A stretch of 64,000 bases of DNA from contig CP147780.1 in the NCBI GenBank assembly GCA_037310415.1, forward strand, positions 2,496,001 through 2,560,000. Direction: 5' to 3'. Of this stretch, positions 39,004 to 49,068 are shown one piece after another (within the stretch, counting starts at the first letter, position 1; each line of letters begins with the position of its first letter). The translations under genes and the position numbers were made by a program. The notes under the pieces were generated by a model. It had not been told where the DNA came from. It saw nothing but the letters and a program-made list of their open reading frames with translations, and did no database searches. This DNA is from Candidatus Atabeyarchaeum deiterrae (GTDB taxonomy: Archaea; Asgardarchaeota; Atabeyarchaeia; Atabeyarchaeales; Atabeyarchaeaceae).

Positions 39004-42000
39004 CTAGTCACGTCTGTGGAACCGCCTCTTGGAATTCGCTGCCTTATCTCCTCTTTTGGTGCTTTGGTTGTCTCTGTTGTTGAGTGAATCCAATTCTCTC
39101 TGTCTGGCTCTGAGCACGTATGTTGCTGACATCAGACATCCTGAACCTATTAGAAGGCTGAAACCAAGAGGTGAAAAGATGGCGTCTAAGATGGAGGTTT
39201 CCCAGCTCTCACCGGTTCCGTCATTATTGTCACCATTGTTCGAGGTCGAGCGCGGGGTAGCTTCCACCAACAGGACCTCCGACGTTGATCCAGAATAGTA
39301 CTCGGTTGTTTGGAATTCGCAGTAGATGGAATAGTTGCCATTCTCATTCACTGTGAATTGCGCCGAGGCGGAGCCATTGAGCCTCGTTGTTGATAACAGA
39401 GTTGTTTGCTTCTCTGAAGGACCCAGAACGACGAATGTTATGCTCGAATTTGCAACCGCTTTGCTACTAGTTATTTCTGAGAGCTGTGCTCCAAGTTGCA
39501 GAATAGAACCAACGCATATCGGATCCAAGGCAACATGATTTGACGAGATCGCGAGTCTGGTGGCTGTCTTATTGACATAGATTGCTTTTGACGAATTTGC
39601 AGGGCTAAGTGTACGAGAGCCGTCGAAGATGATGCTAATACAGTATGCGGCTGAGCAGTACGGTTTCCAAGCGAAGGCGAGTTGACCTGACGAATTTGAT
39701 GATGCGGTTTCCGACAGCGAGCTATTCACATAGAGACGAAGGCTGGCTCCGATGATAGGTGTCCAACTTGCATTCAGCGCATGAATTGATGCTGAAACGG
39801 AAGTGTTTGAAGTTGTGAGATAGCAGACGTCGACAGGAGTAGTTATGACTAGATCAATCAGGGTCCTGTTATTCGATATTGTCACCGTAAGCTGGGTGAG
39901 ACTGGTCTGATATCTTTCCTTGGAACATCTGAAAGTCACGCATTGCGATCCTAGGAGAGAGTTATCATATGGAACACTGATGTTTGAAGCGTACTTTCCG
40001 CTGCTGACCGGCGTTTCAAAGCATGAATAGGCGTGGGTTCCGAGCTTGATTCTCGCTGTCGCACCAGTCATTGGTGACAGGAATTTGTCATCGGTCATTG
40101 TAAAATTGGCGGCATAGCAGAGTCCTTGTTGCATTTCACTAGGTGCACTGACTGAGTGGATGGCAGTTTTTAGTTGCTTCGCTGCAACCCAGGTGTAGTT
40201 GCAGTCACTGAGGATCTCCACTGACATTCTCGTTGTATCAAGCCGGTAATTGACCTTGTCATTATCCTCGAATGCTCCGTCAGGTTTCTCAAAGCTCTTC
40301 ACAAACTTGACTAGTGATGTCTTGTTGATGATGGAGAGTTCGTTGAGTGCTTGCAGTCCCTTGAAGGAGTAATAGCTGTCAACTAGATTTGAGAATAAGC
40401 TGGACTGGAGGAATGCAGTTGTTTTTCCGTAGTCCACCTGCGACAATGCATTCAGCAGCTTTAGTGAGGCTAAGGACATAAAGGTGGCTTCAGCTGGAGA
40501 GTAGGGCTCCATCATGTAGCTGTCATCATTGAAGGAGCCTGTCGACGGATCGTAAAGACTCATTATTCTCTGTACTGTAAGAGCCGTGTCGGTTAGGTGA
40601 CTTGTGAATTCGTTTGTGAAGTTTAGGAAGGCAGCTAGGTTCCTCATACAGTTGAGGGCGTGATATGTGTAGCGCAGTCCTGCGGTTAGGTTACTTGCAG
40701 GTGCACTGGAGAAGCTCTTGTAGTAGCCACAATAAGACCCTGTGGTGACTTCGCACTGGCAAATTTCGTTCCAAATCTGCAATGCATGGCTATTTATCCA
40801 GCTATTGCGGTCGAGGTTCAGTAGAGAGGTTGTGGCTAGATCTGTTAGTATTACACCGGTTCGACCTCTTTGAATGGACGAGTATTCAAAGGGCTCTTCC
40901 ACGATGAAGCTACTGTAACCGTCCGAGCTTGCAGGGTAGCTGATTCTGAGCCATTCAAAACGGGCCGAAATATCGCTGTATGAATAGATTATTGAGTTGA
41001 ACAAATGGGTCGATTCTGCTGAATCTAGGAGACCGAGGTTGCAGAGAGTTGATATCGCGTTAGTGGTCTGCCAGAGGTTAGACAAAGTTCGTGGGATATT
41101 TGAGAAACCATACATTGGCTCTGGAGAAAGACATCTATTCAGAAACTCGATGAACCCTCCGATGTCCCTAATCATGTTGGTGTAGCCTATCAGTTGTAGC
41201 CCAAGAATCACTGGATAGCAGTCCCTGACTTCATCTACAGCTTCATCTGTGCAATTAGCTTCGGACCATCCTCCGTCTTTGAACTGGACTGCTGTCAGAT
41301 AATTGGCCACAAGCCATTGATCAATGTTCTGCGTTTTGCCAAGTATGTAGAGGCTTGCAATGGAGTAGCCTGTTCCATCATTAACTAGGTTACGTTTGTG
41401 AAAAATGTGCTCATCATAGAATATCCCTTTTGATGGTACGTATCCATTCATCAACCATTGCTCAGCGATTATTCGATTCGCTGAGTCCAACGCGCCAAGC
41501 AATTTGAGACTAGTTAGTGCCATGTAAGTGGAAGTAGCGAAGGATATGCCGGCGGGTGCATTAGAAAACCCACCATAGTTGGCAGTATCCCATTGGTTCT
41601 GGTTCTGGCAGGATAGAAGGTAGTCTACGACTCGAGTTCTGTTGATAGTATTGAGGCTTCCCGCAGCATTCAATCCTTGCAATGCCCAATAGGTATTCGT
41701 AACATCCCTCGAAGTGTCTCCACGGAAGCGGACGAATCCATCCCCAAGCTGGCACGATCGAAGGTATTTTGAAGTCTTCGTTACATTGATCTTGCCCAAT
41801 GCGCCAAAGCTGGAAAGCGTGAGGAGGGCCATCCCGGTCTCGACCACCGTGGGTTCGGACGACTGTGTAGAATATCTTTGAGGGGACCAGAATGCCCCTT
41901 CTGTGAACGAGTAGCAGTAGTCTACGAGCCAGTCAGCCAAGGCTGAGGTGTTGATAACGTCAAGTCTCCCAACAAGTTTCAATGACTCGCAAGCGTAATA

Positions 42001-42960
42001 CGTTGCGGAGATCTCGGGTTCAAAGTAGTCACCGAATCCACCTGTCCAATATTCTGACTCGGATGCGTTTAGACTCTCAGCTTCATTTAAGAAGTCATGA
42101 ACTAGTTCAAGATCTGTATACCCACCCATCCACTCAACAGTATTTGCAAAGAGATGTTTGCCATTTTCATTCAGAGTTGATGGATCCTGGAATGCCCACC
42201 AGAAGACTCGCCCATTACTTCCACGCGAACTGTAGAGGGCTCCGACGACCGATTCAGTAACTCCTACAACAATACCAAAACTGTAGAGATGGTCAATCGT
42301 GTTCGCTGGATATGATTCAACGCTTACGGCTTGACAGAACATCTCAATCGAGTGAGGCGGGCCAAATCCAGATTCGATAACCTGGTAAGGGGAAGTGAAC
42401 AGCGAGTGGCCATATCTATCAGAGGTTTTCTGAATAATCCCTGTGATGGCTACTCGACCCATAGCTTGGGTGAAGTTAGAGATTCTATCTATAATACCGT
42501 GTGACGCGCCGAGAAGTATTAGAGGCTGCGCCGTTTCGCCGAGTGATTCAGCTTCCTGCAGCGTTATCTCTTTCCCATTAGTTCCTCCACAAGAACTATC
42601 CAACAAGACCAGATTGTAATTCCGCATTAGACTAGAATTTCCGATTGCTGCTTGAATCGGGAGAACTGCCATCTCGTATCCGTAGCTTGTGAGAAACAGA
42701 CTCCAATCATTTGCAAATGAATGTGCTCCTGTTGTAGGGTCATATAAAACGAGGAGCCGGATACTGGAAGCAAGATAATAGAAATCGCCCGAAGGTGAAG
42801 GCAATGAGGAGGAATAAGGCTTGGCGAGTTCATGGAGCGATCTCCCCGACATGGTTGGCAGTCCGGCAGCCTGCAGCCCCGCAGTCAAAGCGCTCCATGA
42901 TAAGAGGATCAGTAAAGAGACTGCCATCTTTGAGGTGTGACATGTTGCGTGGCGGTGCAT
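39004..42960 (-). CDS. Secreted, membrane-anchored protein with prenyltransferase/squalene-oxidase-type repeats and Ig-like domains
   Basis: Signal peptide; repeats such as DYLLSCQ...GGFSNAP...TYMALTSL and YLTAVQFKDGGWS; Ser/Thr-rich Ig-like domains; C-terminal TM. Confidence 0.8.
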   Translation of the reverse strand: MHRHATCHTSKMAVSLLILLSWSALTAGLQAAGLPTMSGRSLHELAKPYSSSLPSPSGDFYYLASSIRLLVLYDPTTGAHSFANDWSLFLTSYGYEMAVLPIQAAIGNSSLMRNYNLVLLDSSCGGTNGKEITLQEAESLGETAQPLILLGASHGIIDRISNFTQAMGRVAITGIIQKTSDRYGHSLFTSPYQVIESGFGPPHSIEMFCQAVSVESYPANTIDHLYSFGIVVGVTESVVGALYSSRGSNGRVFWWAFQDPSTLNENGKHLFANTVEWMGGYTDLELVHDFLNEAESLNASESEYWTGGFGDYFEPEISATYYACESLKLVGRLDVINTSALADWLVDYCYSFTEGAFWSPQRYSTQSSEPTVVETGMALLTLSSFGALGKINVTKTSKYLRSCQLGDGFVRFRGDTSRDVTNTYWALQGLNAAGSLNTINRTRVVDYLLSCQNQNQWDTANYGGFSNAPAGISFATSTYMALTSLKLLGALDSANRIIAEQWLMNGYVPSKGIFYDEHIFHKRNLVNDGTGYSIASLYILGKTQNIDQWLVANYLTAVQFKDGGWSEANCTDEAVDEVRDCYPVILGLQLIGYTNMIRDIGGFIEFLNRCLSPEPMYGFSNIPRTLSNLWQTTNAISTLCNLGLLDSAESTHLFNSIIYSYSDISARFEWLRISYPASSDGYSSFIVEEPFEYSSIQRGRTGVILTDLATTSLLNLDRNSWINSHALQIWNEICQCEVTTGSYCGYYKSFSSAPASNLTAGLRYTYHALNCMRNLAAFLNFTNEFTSHLTDTALTVQRIMSLYDPSTGSFNDDSYMMEPYSPAEATFMSLASLKLLNALSQVDYGKTTAFLQSSLFSNLVDSYYSFKGLQALNELSIINKTSLVKFVKSFEKPDGAFEDNDKVNYRLDTTRMSVEILSDCNYTWVAAKQLKTAIHSVSAPSEMQQGLCYAANFTMTDDKFLSPMTGATARIKLGTHAYSCFETPVSSGKYASNISVPYDNSLLGSQCVTFRCSKERYQTSLTQLTVTISNNRTLIDLVITTPVDVCYLTTSNTSVSASIHALNASWTPIIGASLRLYVNSSLSETASSNSSGQLAFAWKPYCSAAYCISIIFDGSRTLSPANSSKAIYVNKTATRLAISSNHVALDPICVGSILQLGAQLSEITSSKAVANSSITFVVLGPSEKQTTLLSTTRLNGSASAQFTVNENGNYSIYCEFQTTEYYSGSTSEVLLVEATPRSTSNNGDNNDGTGESWETSILDAIFSPLGFSLLIGSGCLMSATYVLRARQRELDSLNNRDNQSTKRGDKAANSKRRFHRRD

Positions 42961-43181
42961 TGATCTGACTGCCCTCCTTCATGATTCTACCGAAAGTGCA
43001 TGAAAGACCCATAGTATTTAAGGCTGAGAAAGGCATTCAGATCCGCTCAGCAAGTTCACTACAGAATGGCCTGGTCGTCAAGGGGGACCACGAAACATAT
43101 CTTCCGTGAAAATCGGCATATCCCGTTTTGATCAAGCGAAATACGAATGAAAAAAAGTAAAGTCTGCCCTGGGTATTCGGA

Positions 43182-44243
43182 CTACACTTCATTCAATATT
43201 TCTTTCTCATCCATGTGGTGGTGACAAATTGGGCAGTAGTCCTTCACGTGCAACCATTCCAACAAGTGGGTCTTGTGACTGGCGTTGCCGCAGTAGGGAC
43301 ACCACATGATCTGGTCACTTCTGTTCAATTCCAAGCCACAAACCATGCATCTTCCCATCCTAGCAGTCGTTCTGCGCTGTCTACCCCTAGCGACAGCTGA
43401 GGCAACAAGGGCTCCTCGCCTTTTCGCTCCAGTTCCTATTGATGCGCTTTCGCTAACGCGAGGATTGGCAGTTCCTGAGTGAACCTCCAAGTTTGCCCCG
43501 CAGTTCCAGCAGAAATTTGCAACTGGAAGGCGCGAGTTTTCACCACAGTATGGACAGAAATTCGCGGATGCTCTTGGTGTGATAGGCTCTTCAAACTCAT
43601 TTGAGTGTTCAGCTTCATCTGGTTCTTGAACCCCGAGAGTTGGAACTAACGTGTCAATTTCCTCTTGACTCAGGGAAGTTGTGTGACTTGACCGTCTCCC
43701 CCCCACTCTACCCGATTGAATGTTCCTTACCAGTCTTCTCCTTCTAACACCCAGAAACACGATCATCACAAGTGCCACTAGGAGCACGATGGAAGTTGGC
43801 ACCAGAACGCCGCCAAGAAACGGCGCGGTGTACATTGTGACTACTATAGAGTTATCTTGGTTGACTACAACGGTAACATCTTTGGTTACATCAGCGTACC
43901 CTTCGTACGAGACCTGGATCGTGTAATATCCAGGTAATACGCTCGCAAAATAGGCGCGCCCTTGGTAGTCCGTATAACCGTTCAACGCGGGTTGACCTCC
44001 GGGTGTCGCGATTGATATAACATGGGCTAAAGAGAGACCTTGTCCATTCTTGTTAACAACGACGACATTCAATCCGCCCGTTGTTGCGTTATAATTGGCA
44101 TTGAAAACGGTTTGCTCGCGGAAAGCATAGCTCTCACGAGGCGACTGATTCGCGCTGCCATTAGCAGCCACAAATGGTGTCATAGCCACTGTTAATAGAA
44201 TCAGAAAAATGAACAATGTTTTCCTGCTAACAGTTGCAGTCAT
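43182..44243 (-). CDS. Single-pass membrane protein: carboxypeptidase-regulatory-like ectodomain, cytoplasmic Zn ribbon + RING-like domain
   Basis: Signal peptide; TDYQG..F..VLPGYYTIQVSYEGY; TM + RRRR; CPYC..CWNC; C-x2-C-x12-C-x2-C-x4-H-x2-H-x10-C-x2-C. Confidence 0.8.
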   Translation of the reverse strand: MTATVSRKTLFIFLILLTVAMTPFVAANGSANQSPRESYAFREQTVFNANYNATTGGLNVVVVNKNGQGLSLAHVISIATPGGQPALNGYTDYQGRAYFASVLPGYYTIQVSYEGYADVTKDVTVVVNQDNSIVVTMYTAPFLGGVLVPTSIVLLVALVMIVFLGVRRRRLVRNIQSGRVGGRRSSHTTSLSQEEIDTLVPTLGVQEPDEAEHSNEFEEPITPRASANFCPYCGENSRLPVANFCWNCGANLEVHSGTANPRVSESASIGTGAKRRGALVASAVARGRQRRTTARMGRCMVCGLELNRSDQIMWCPYCGNASHKTHLLEWLHVKDYCPICHHHMDEKEILNEV

Positions 44244-44408
44244 TTTTTCCCCCCGGAGTTTTTGAACTCGTTTCCCATGCAAGGACACACTATATCAATC
44301 AATGAAAACGTTCCGCTTTTATATTTTGTCTTTCTGCTAAAAGAGGAGAACTCAAGACTGAAGCAAGGGTCTGCAATCTGATGAAAATGAAGATCTAATT
44401 TCTTGTCA

Positions 44409-46043
44409 CTACTGCGAAACTTTTCCCCTAGGCAGGGTTGCCTCGGTTTCATCTACATGTGCTCCGTTCTCGCATTCCTTGGTTGCGAATGTGTCGCTTC
44501 TCTTAAGCACTAGAGATGCCAACCCTTTGCCGCTAACCTTTCCCAGAGAGGATGCCAGATCTCTTCTGACGATGCGTCGCACATCTGGAAGTCGACCCCT
44601 AACGACTGAGAGTTTATTATCTGAGTCTAAGGACGACAAATTCTCGCTGAGCACTCTTGATATGCTTTCGGCCACAGGCGGCTCACCTAAGATTGTGAGG
44701 CTGACTTCAAAATAACCTGAACTTTCTGCTTCCTTCAGGTGTTTGAACGTATTCTTTGCCTCTTCCGTTCTTCTTGTCGCGTCTGCCACAACATTTTGAC
44801 GTTCTGGTGGCAATATCCTGTTCTTTGATCTCCGAGTGAGTATTCCACTCTTGAATTGCTCGACGACTTGGCTCATGGCATATTGGTAGGTCTCGCCTGT
44901 TTCAACGAGTTCCTTGCAAAGAACACTTTCAGGTAGGGGCTTTACGTGAAGGATAACCGCAAAGTTCTTCAGAGTCCTTTGGTTCGAGGTCAGTTTATCA
45001 AGTTCATCGACGATATTGGCGCTATCAGTTTCACTTGTTTGTTTTGGGCCAATTAGATGAATCAAGCGTAGTCTGGTGGTCCTTCCTGAATTGCCTGAAG
45101 TGAGTACCTTGACATTGTAGCCATCACTCTCGATATACTCAACGTCCTCGAGCTTGGTTGAGAAAGGAGCCATGAGCACCTTCTTAGCGATGGTGTTGTC
45201 ATCTACTGGTCTTACTGAGAGCGATGTAAGACCAGCTGCTTTGATACTATCGGACAGTGTTCGGGAGAAGTCGTCAATAATCGCTCGACACTTTCGATAG
45301 TCCCGTCCCTCGCAAGCTGATGAAACAAAGAAGAGCGGAGCGCCGTCTTGGAAAAACATGTCTAGGCTTGTCTCTATACCTAGTTTTCTCGCCATGATCA
45401 ACGGCCTCATCAACCTCTTAGTCATCTCTTTGCCGTTTCCACAAGGGACAAGAAGTCTTGTTTTGCTGGCATGTTGTTGCCTGACTTCTATGAATTTTAG
45501 CACTTTGAAGCCTCTTCTTCCTGCACCGTATACTATGTGACCTTCCTCTAGGCCCTTAGGTAGCAGGGCGTGTCCTTTCAATCTCCAATGATGCTTGAAA
45601 CCAGTTTGGCTTGACAAGAATCTGCCAATATGCTGCCTTTTCCGATAGATGACATAGACTATAAATGGAAGTGACAAAGCAGACAACTTCATTGGGACGC
45701 TCATCGGGTATGGAATCGGCGCGGATACGACCATATTGAAGATGAATAGTAGTGGAACGACTGTGATGAAAAGAAACTTCGTTAATCCTGATAATGGTCT
45801 TAGGCGATCTAGTCTCGTCGTGAGGACGAGTGAGACCGCTAATACAAGAACAGCGGTCACAATCTGGGATAGCAAGCTCAAACCGCCAAATGTCGCCATT
45901 GACCATCCAAGAACCTGTAGGAATAGGTAGACCGCGACAATGATGAAGAAGAAACTCAATAGCCATCTATTGAAGAAAAGGCGCAACAAGCCCATGATGA
46001 ACACCACCATCCGCCTAAACGCTGTATAAGCAAGCATCCTCAA
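44409..46043 (-). CDS. Hypothetical protein with N-terminal TM bundle and large soluble domain
   Basis: 4-5 hydrophobic segments, then an alpha/beta region with a coiled hairpin; no NTPase motif seen. Confidence 0.65.
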   Translation of the reverse strand: MRMLAYTAFRRMVVFIMGLLRLFFNRWLLSFFFIIVAVYLFLQVLGWSMATFGGLSLLSQIVTAVLVLAVSLVLTTRLDRLRPLSGLTKFLFITVVPLLFIFNMVVSAPIPYPMSVPMKLSALSLPFIVYVIYRKRQHIGRFLSSQTGFKHHWRLKGHALLPKGLEEGHIVYGAGRRGFKVLKFIEVRQQHASKTRLLVPCGNGKEMTKRLMRPLIMARKLGIETSLDMFFQDGAPLFFVSSACEGRDYRKCRAIIDDFSRTLSDSIKAAGLTSLSVRPVDDNTIAKKVLMAPFSTKLEDVEYIESDGYNVKVLTSGNSGRTTRLRLIHLIGPKQTSETDSANIVDELDKLTSNQRTLKNFAVILHVKPLPESVLCKELVETGETYQYAMSQVVEQFKSGILTRRSKNRILPPERQNVVADATRRTEEAKNTFKHLKEAESSGYFEVSLTILGEPPVAESISRVLSENLSSLDSDNKLSVVRGRLPDVRRIVRRDLASSLGKVSGKGLASLVLKRSDTFATKECENGAHVDETEATLPRGKVSQ

Positions 46044-46148
46044 ACTACGGGAGGCATGTTTGCTACGTAGATTCGTATCATTGAGTGGTTCCTTATAAGA
46101 TCATAATTCGATCGATCTCACGCGGCGCCAGCCTTTCGTCTGAAGTGC

Positions 46149-46853
46149 TCAAACGCTTGCGGTTTGCGTTATACCCAGATGAGTGATTGCATATTCTGCA
46201 CTGCTCCCGATTTGCCTTATCAATGGGCTCTTTGTAATCGTTGCCAACCCAATGTGCTTCATTGTATCCAGTATCTCGAGTTTGAGCTCGTACTTCGCAG
46301 CTCTGGAGACTGCATCTCCTCCAACTGGTTTCGATATCTGCGGATCCGATGGATCCGCTGTCACTTGATTGAGGAGGAGGATCGCGATATCGAACTTTCT
46401 TGCAATTTTGAGGAGGGCAGGAATCTGCTCTTCTGCAAATCTCCTGAATACTTTGGTGAAAGGACTTAGCGCGACTTCGATCCGGTAGTGTTTCGCAATA
46501 GTGTCAACGATTATGAGTCCAAGGTTGGTCATACTCCACGATCTCCCTCCCGAGTTATGCAGGGTTAAGAACTGGTCATGTTGTTCTTCGAAAGACAGTG
46601 GTTGGGCAACAGCGATCCTTTGCATAAAGGCAGGATCCCTACCATCAAGTATTTGACGCAATCTTGAGGCTGGAAACATTTGTTCTGTGTCGAAATATAG
46701 TACATCGTAACCAAGCGAGCATGCTGTGATCGATAATTGAAGTGCGAAAGTAGTCTTGCCACACCCTGCGCACCCGTAAACGTGGGTTAGTAGACCCGTC
46801 TGAACTCCCCCGTCAAGCAAGTTATCTATGGGGCTACCTGAAGAGATTCTCAT
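46149..46853 (-). CDS. radB: DNA repair/recombination protein RadB-like
   Basis: IDNLLDGG, GCAGCGKTT, YFDTE, IIVDTIAKHYR, NQV, PVGGD; lacks the RadA N-domain. Confidence 0.8.
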   Translation of the reverse strand: MRISSGSPIDNLLDGGVQTGLLTHVYGCAGCGKTTFALQLSITACSLGYDVLYFDTEQMFPASRLRQILDGRDPAFMQRIAVAQPLSFEEQHDQFLTLHNSGGRSWSMTNLGLIIVDTIAKHYRIEVALSPFTKVFRRFAEEQIPALLKIARKFDIAILLLNQVTADPSDPQISKPVGGDAVSRAAKYELKLEILDTMKHIGLATITKSPLIRQIGSSAEYAITHLGITQTASV

Positions 46854-47054
46854 GCTCTGATTCCTCTCTGTATGCAGGAAGCGAAGCATTCTGAGGCAAT
46901 GGAAGGGGTCTGCTACAGCCCTCTTCTTTCAAGTCGATTTTGGGAGATGGGAATTGAAGGAGAGAACTGTAGTCGGATCATTGAGGACCCCGTATGTTGC
47001 CTCAGGGAGGCATTGCTTATAAGACTAAAAACCCGAAAGCCAGCCGACTCTAGT

Positions 47055-47864
47055 CTAGAGCAAAACCCTCGAGATTTCCTTGATGGACTGAGTGTAAATG
47101 TGGTCAGGGTTCCGGAGTATGAACAATTGATCCAGTTTGCTCAGCATTACGTCACAAAGGCATGGGATTATCGTCACGACTGGATACTTCAGCCGTTTCT
47201 TCAAGTCTCGCTTCATTTTCTCTTTATCCTCTTCTTTGGATATCGCGCTCGGAAAGGCGAAGTTCACCACGATGTGAGGGTCCAGAGGCTGGAGCTGGCG
47301 GTAGAACCCTTTTATTAGCTTTTCTGTCCCGATGAGGTCCGGCACGTCCATCCTAGTTAGCAGAAGTAGCTTGTCGCTGGAGACCATCGCGTTAACTGAG
47401 GAGTGAGCTACTCCAGGACTTGTGTCAAAAACTATGAAATCATAGTTGAGTTCGCCTAATGCAGCGCCCTTCAGTTTGCTTATTTTCGTTAGAGCGTTAA
47501 TCTGCCATTGCTCAGTCAGAAGCTTCAAGGTGATCAGGTCGATGGACTGAGGATCTGAATCAGCGAGAATAACATCTAGCGGCAGATCTATTTTCTTTGG
47601 GTGGATCACTACTTCATCTGCGTCCGTCTTGTCAAAAAGATAGTCATTTACGTACACTTTCACTTCGTCATCATTGATTCCGAACAGGGCTTGAATGCTT
47701 GGAGCTCTGAAGTCCATGTCAACAAGTAGTACTTTTTTTCCTGTTTGAGCGAGGTATATGGAGAGGTTTGATGCAATTGAGGTTTTGCCAGTTCCTCCCT
47801 TATAGCTGTGAACTGAAACTGCAAGCTTCCTGCTGCTGCTGCTCTTTCTCTTCCGGTCGCTCAC
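47055..47864 (-). CDS. MinD/ParA-family ATPase
   Basis: HSYKGGTGKTS deviant Walker A, VDMDFRAP, FDTSPG. Confidence 0.9.
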   Translation of the reverse strand: MSDRKRKSSSSRKLAVSVHSYKGGTGKTSIASNLSIYLAQTGKKVLLVDMDFRAPSIQALFGINDDEVKVYVNDYLFDKTDADEVVIHPKKIDLPLDVILADSDPQSIDLITLKLLTEQWQINALTKISKLKGAALGELNYDFIVFDTSPGVAHSSVNAMVSSDKLLLLTRMDVPDLIGTEKLIKGFYRQLQPLDPHIVVNFAFPSAISKEEDKEKMKRDLKKRLKYPVVTIIPCLCDVMLSKLDQLFILRNPDHIYTQSIKEISRVLL

Positions 47865-47914
47865 TTCGAACCACTCCTCTTGCTTTTCCGTTTCGGTTCT
47901 TGGAAAGTTGTTTG

Positions 47915-47927
47915 TGTGTCGGACACA
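47915..47927. promoter_or_regulatory. Palindrome in the divergent ParA/HTH promoter region
   Basis: TGTGTC-G-GACACA next to AT-rich TTATAAT/TATATTAA boxes. Confidence 0.4.
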
Positions 47928-48000
47928 ATTAACTTATAATAGTTCTATATTAATAAGGTGTGTGCATTCCTTGCCATGAACAAGGGAGGGAAAGAGAATA

Positions 48001-48480
48001 GTGGGGCGCTTGCCAGAATCCTCGCCGCCGTCATCGCCGTCTACAGGTGGTTTGTTGCCAGCAAATGAAAACAGCGTCATCATAACGCGGCTGGACAAGA
48101 TAGCATCGCTACTCGAAAAGTTGCTGAACGTTCTTGCTGAGATATCGGAGCGCCTTGAAAACAAGAACGGAATAGACAAAGTTAGCAGGAACGCTGAAGA
48201 CAAGGACATAACAAAGTATCTCCCAAAGGGGGCGAACCTTTCAACGTTGCTGGAGTTACCTGACCACCTACGCAACCCTCTGATGGCACTATTCAAGTTG
48301 GGGGGCAAAGGCACTGCAAAGCAGGTGAGTCAGAAGCTTGGGATAAGTAGACCTCAAGCCAGCGCAACCTTGAATAGCCTCGTGCATCTGCATCTATTGG
48401 TCAAGAAACGAGAAAGCAAAGAAGGACGGAGGGGAGCTGACGCAATCTTCTCAGTTCCCGATGGAAAACTGCAGAAATGA
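48001..48480 (+). CDS. Coiled-coil + winged-HTH DNA-binding protein
   Basis: LLELPDHLR...GTAKQVSQKLGISRPQASATLNSLV. Confidence 0.78.
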   Translation: MGRLPESSPPSSPSTGGLLPANENSVIITRLDKIASLLEKLLNVLAEISERLENKNGIDKVSRNAEDKDITKYLPKGANLSTLLELPDHLRNPLMALFKLGGKGTAKQVSQKLGISRPQASATLNSLVHLHLLVKKRESKEGRRGADAIFSVPDGKLQK

Positions 48481-48555
48481 CGACAGAGACAACGACATTG
48501 TCAGACATCACGTATGCTACCTTTCTGGTCAGAGAATGAAAGAGATAAAAAGAGG

Positions 48556-48981
48556 CTACTGATGTTTCTTCGGGCTCTGTTTTGCCAGACTACTCTGCTT
48601 TTCTTGGCTGCTCTTCTCCATCTTTTCGCCTTTCCAGCTCTTAAGCCAATCAGCGACTTCCCGTGCCACTGTGCTTCTTGACATGTCGATAACAGGGATG
48701 TCAACTGTTCCAATGCTAACCCTCTCTGCGTATTGAGGCATGGGTGCAAAACTGATACTAAGCCAGTAACTGCGACCTTGGATAAGCTCCTTAAACAAAG
48801 GTGTGGATGTAGGAGTAAGAGGCACCCCCGTGAAAACTATCCCATCGGCCCAGTTCAGTAGGCTAGGCTGTCCTATTCGGAAGAGAACTGCTGCGATGTT
48901 TGCCAGTTCTTCCTTTGTTTCGTATTGAACAACTTCCATAATGAAGATTTGTTTAACCGGATTGTAGAGGATTTCGATCAT
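48556..48981 (-). CDS. Archaeal hypothetical protein
   Basis: GGAGGTG SD; globular composition (IEILYNP..IFIME, LNWADGIVF, ISFAPMPQY). Confidence 0.7.
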   Translation of the reverse strand: MIEILYNPVKQIFIMEVVQYETKEELANIAAVLFRIGQPSLLNWADGIVFTGVPLTPTSTPLFKELIQGRSYWLSISFAPMPQYAERVSIGTVDIPVIDMSRSTVAREVADWLKSWKGEKMEKSSQEKQSSLAKQSPKKHQ

Positions 48982-49068
48982 GGAGTTCAACAACACCTCC
49001 AGACGCGGTTCCCATCAAGTTGCTTTGGACGAATTGCCTTGGTGATTAGAGTGTTAAGTAGTCGCCTT

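Noticed and set aside
39004-42960. Rab geranylgeranyltransferase acting on the pseudo-Rab
   Set aside because: Signal peptide and C-terminal anchor put the barrel outside the cell, and the catalytic Zn ligands are not evident
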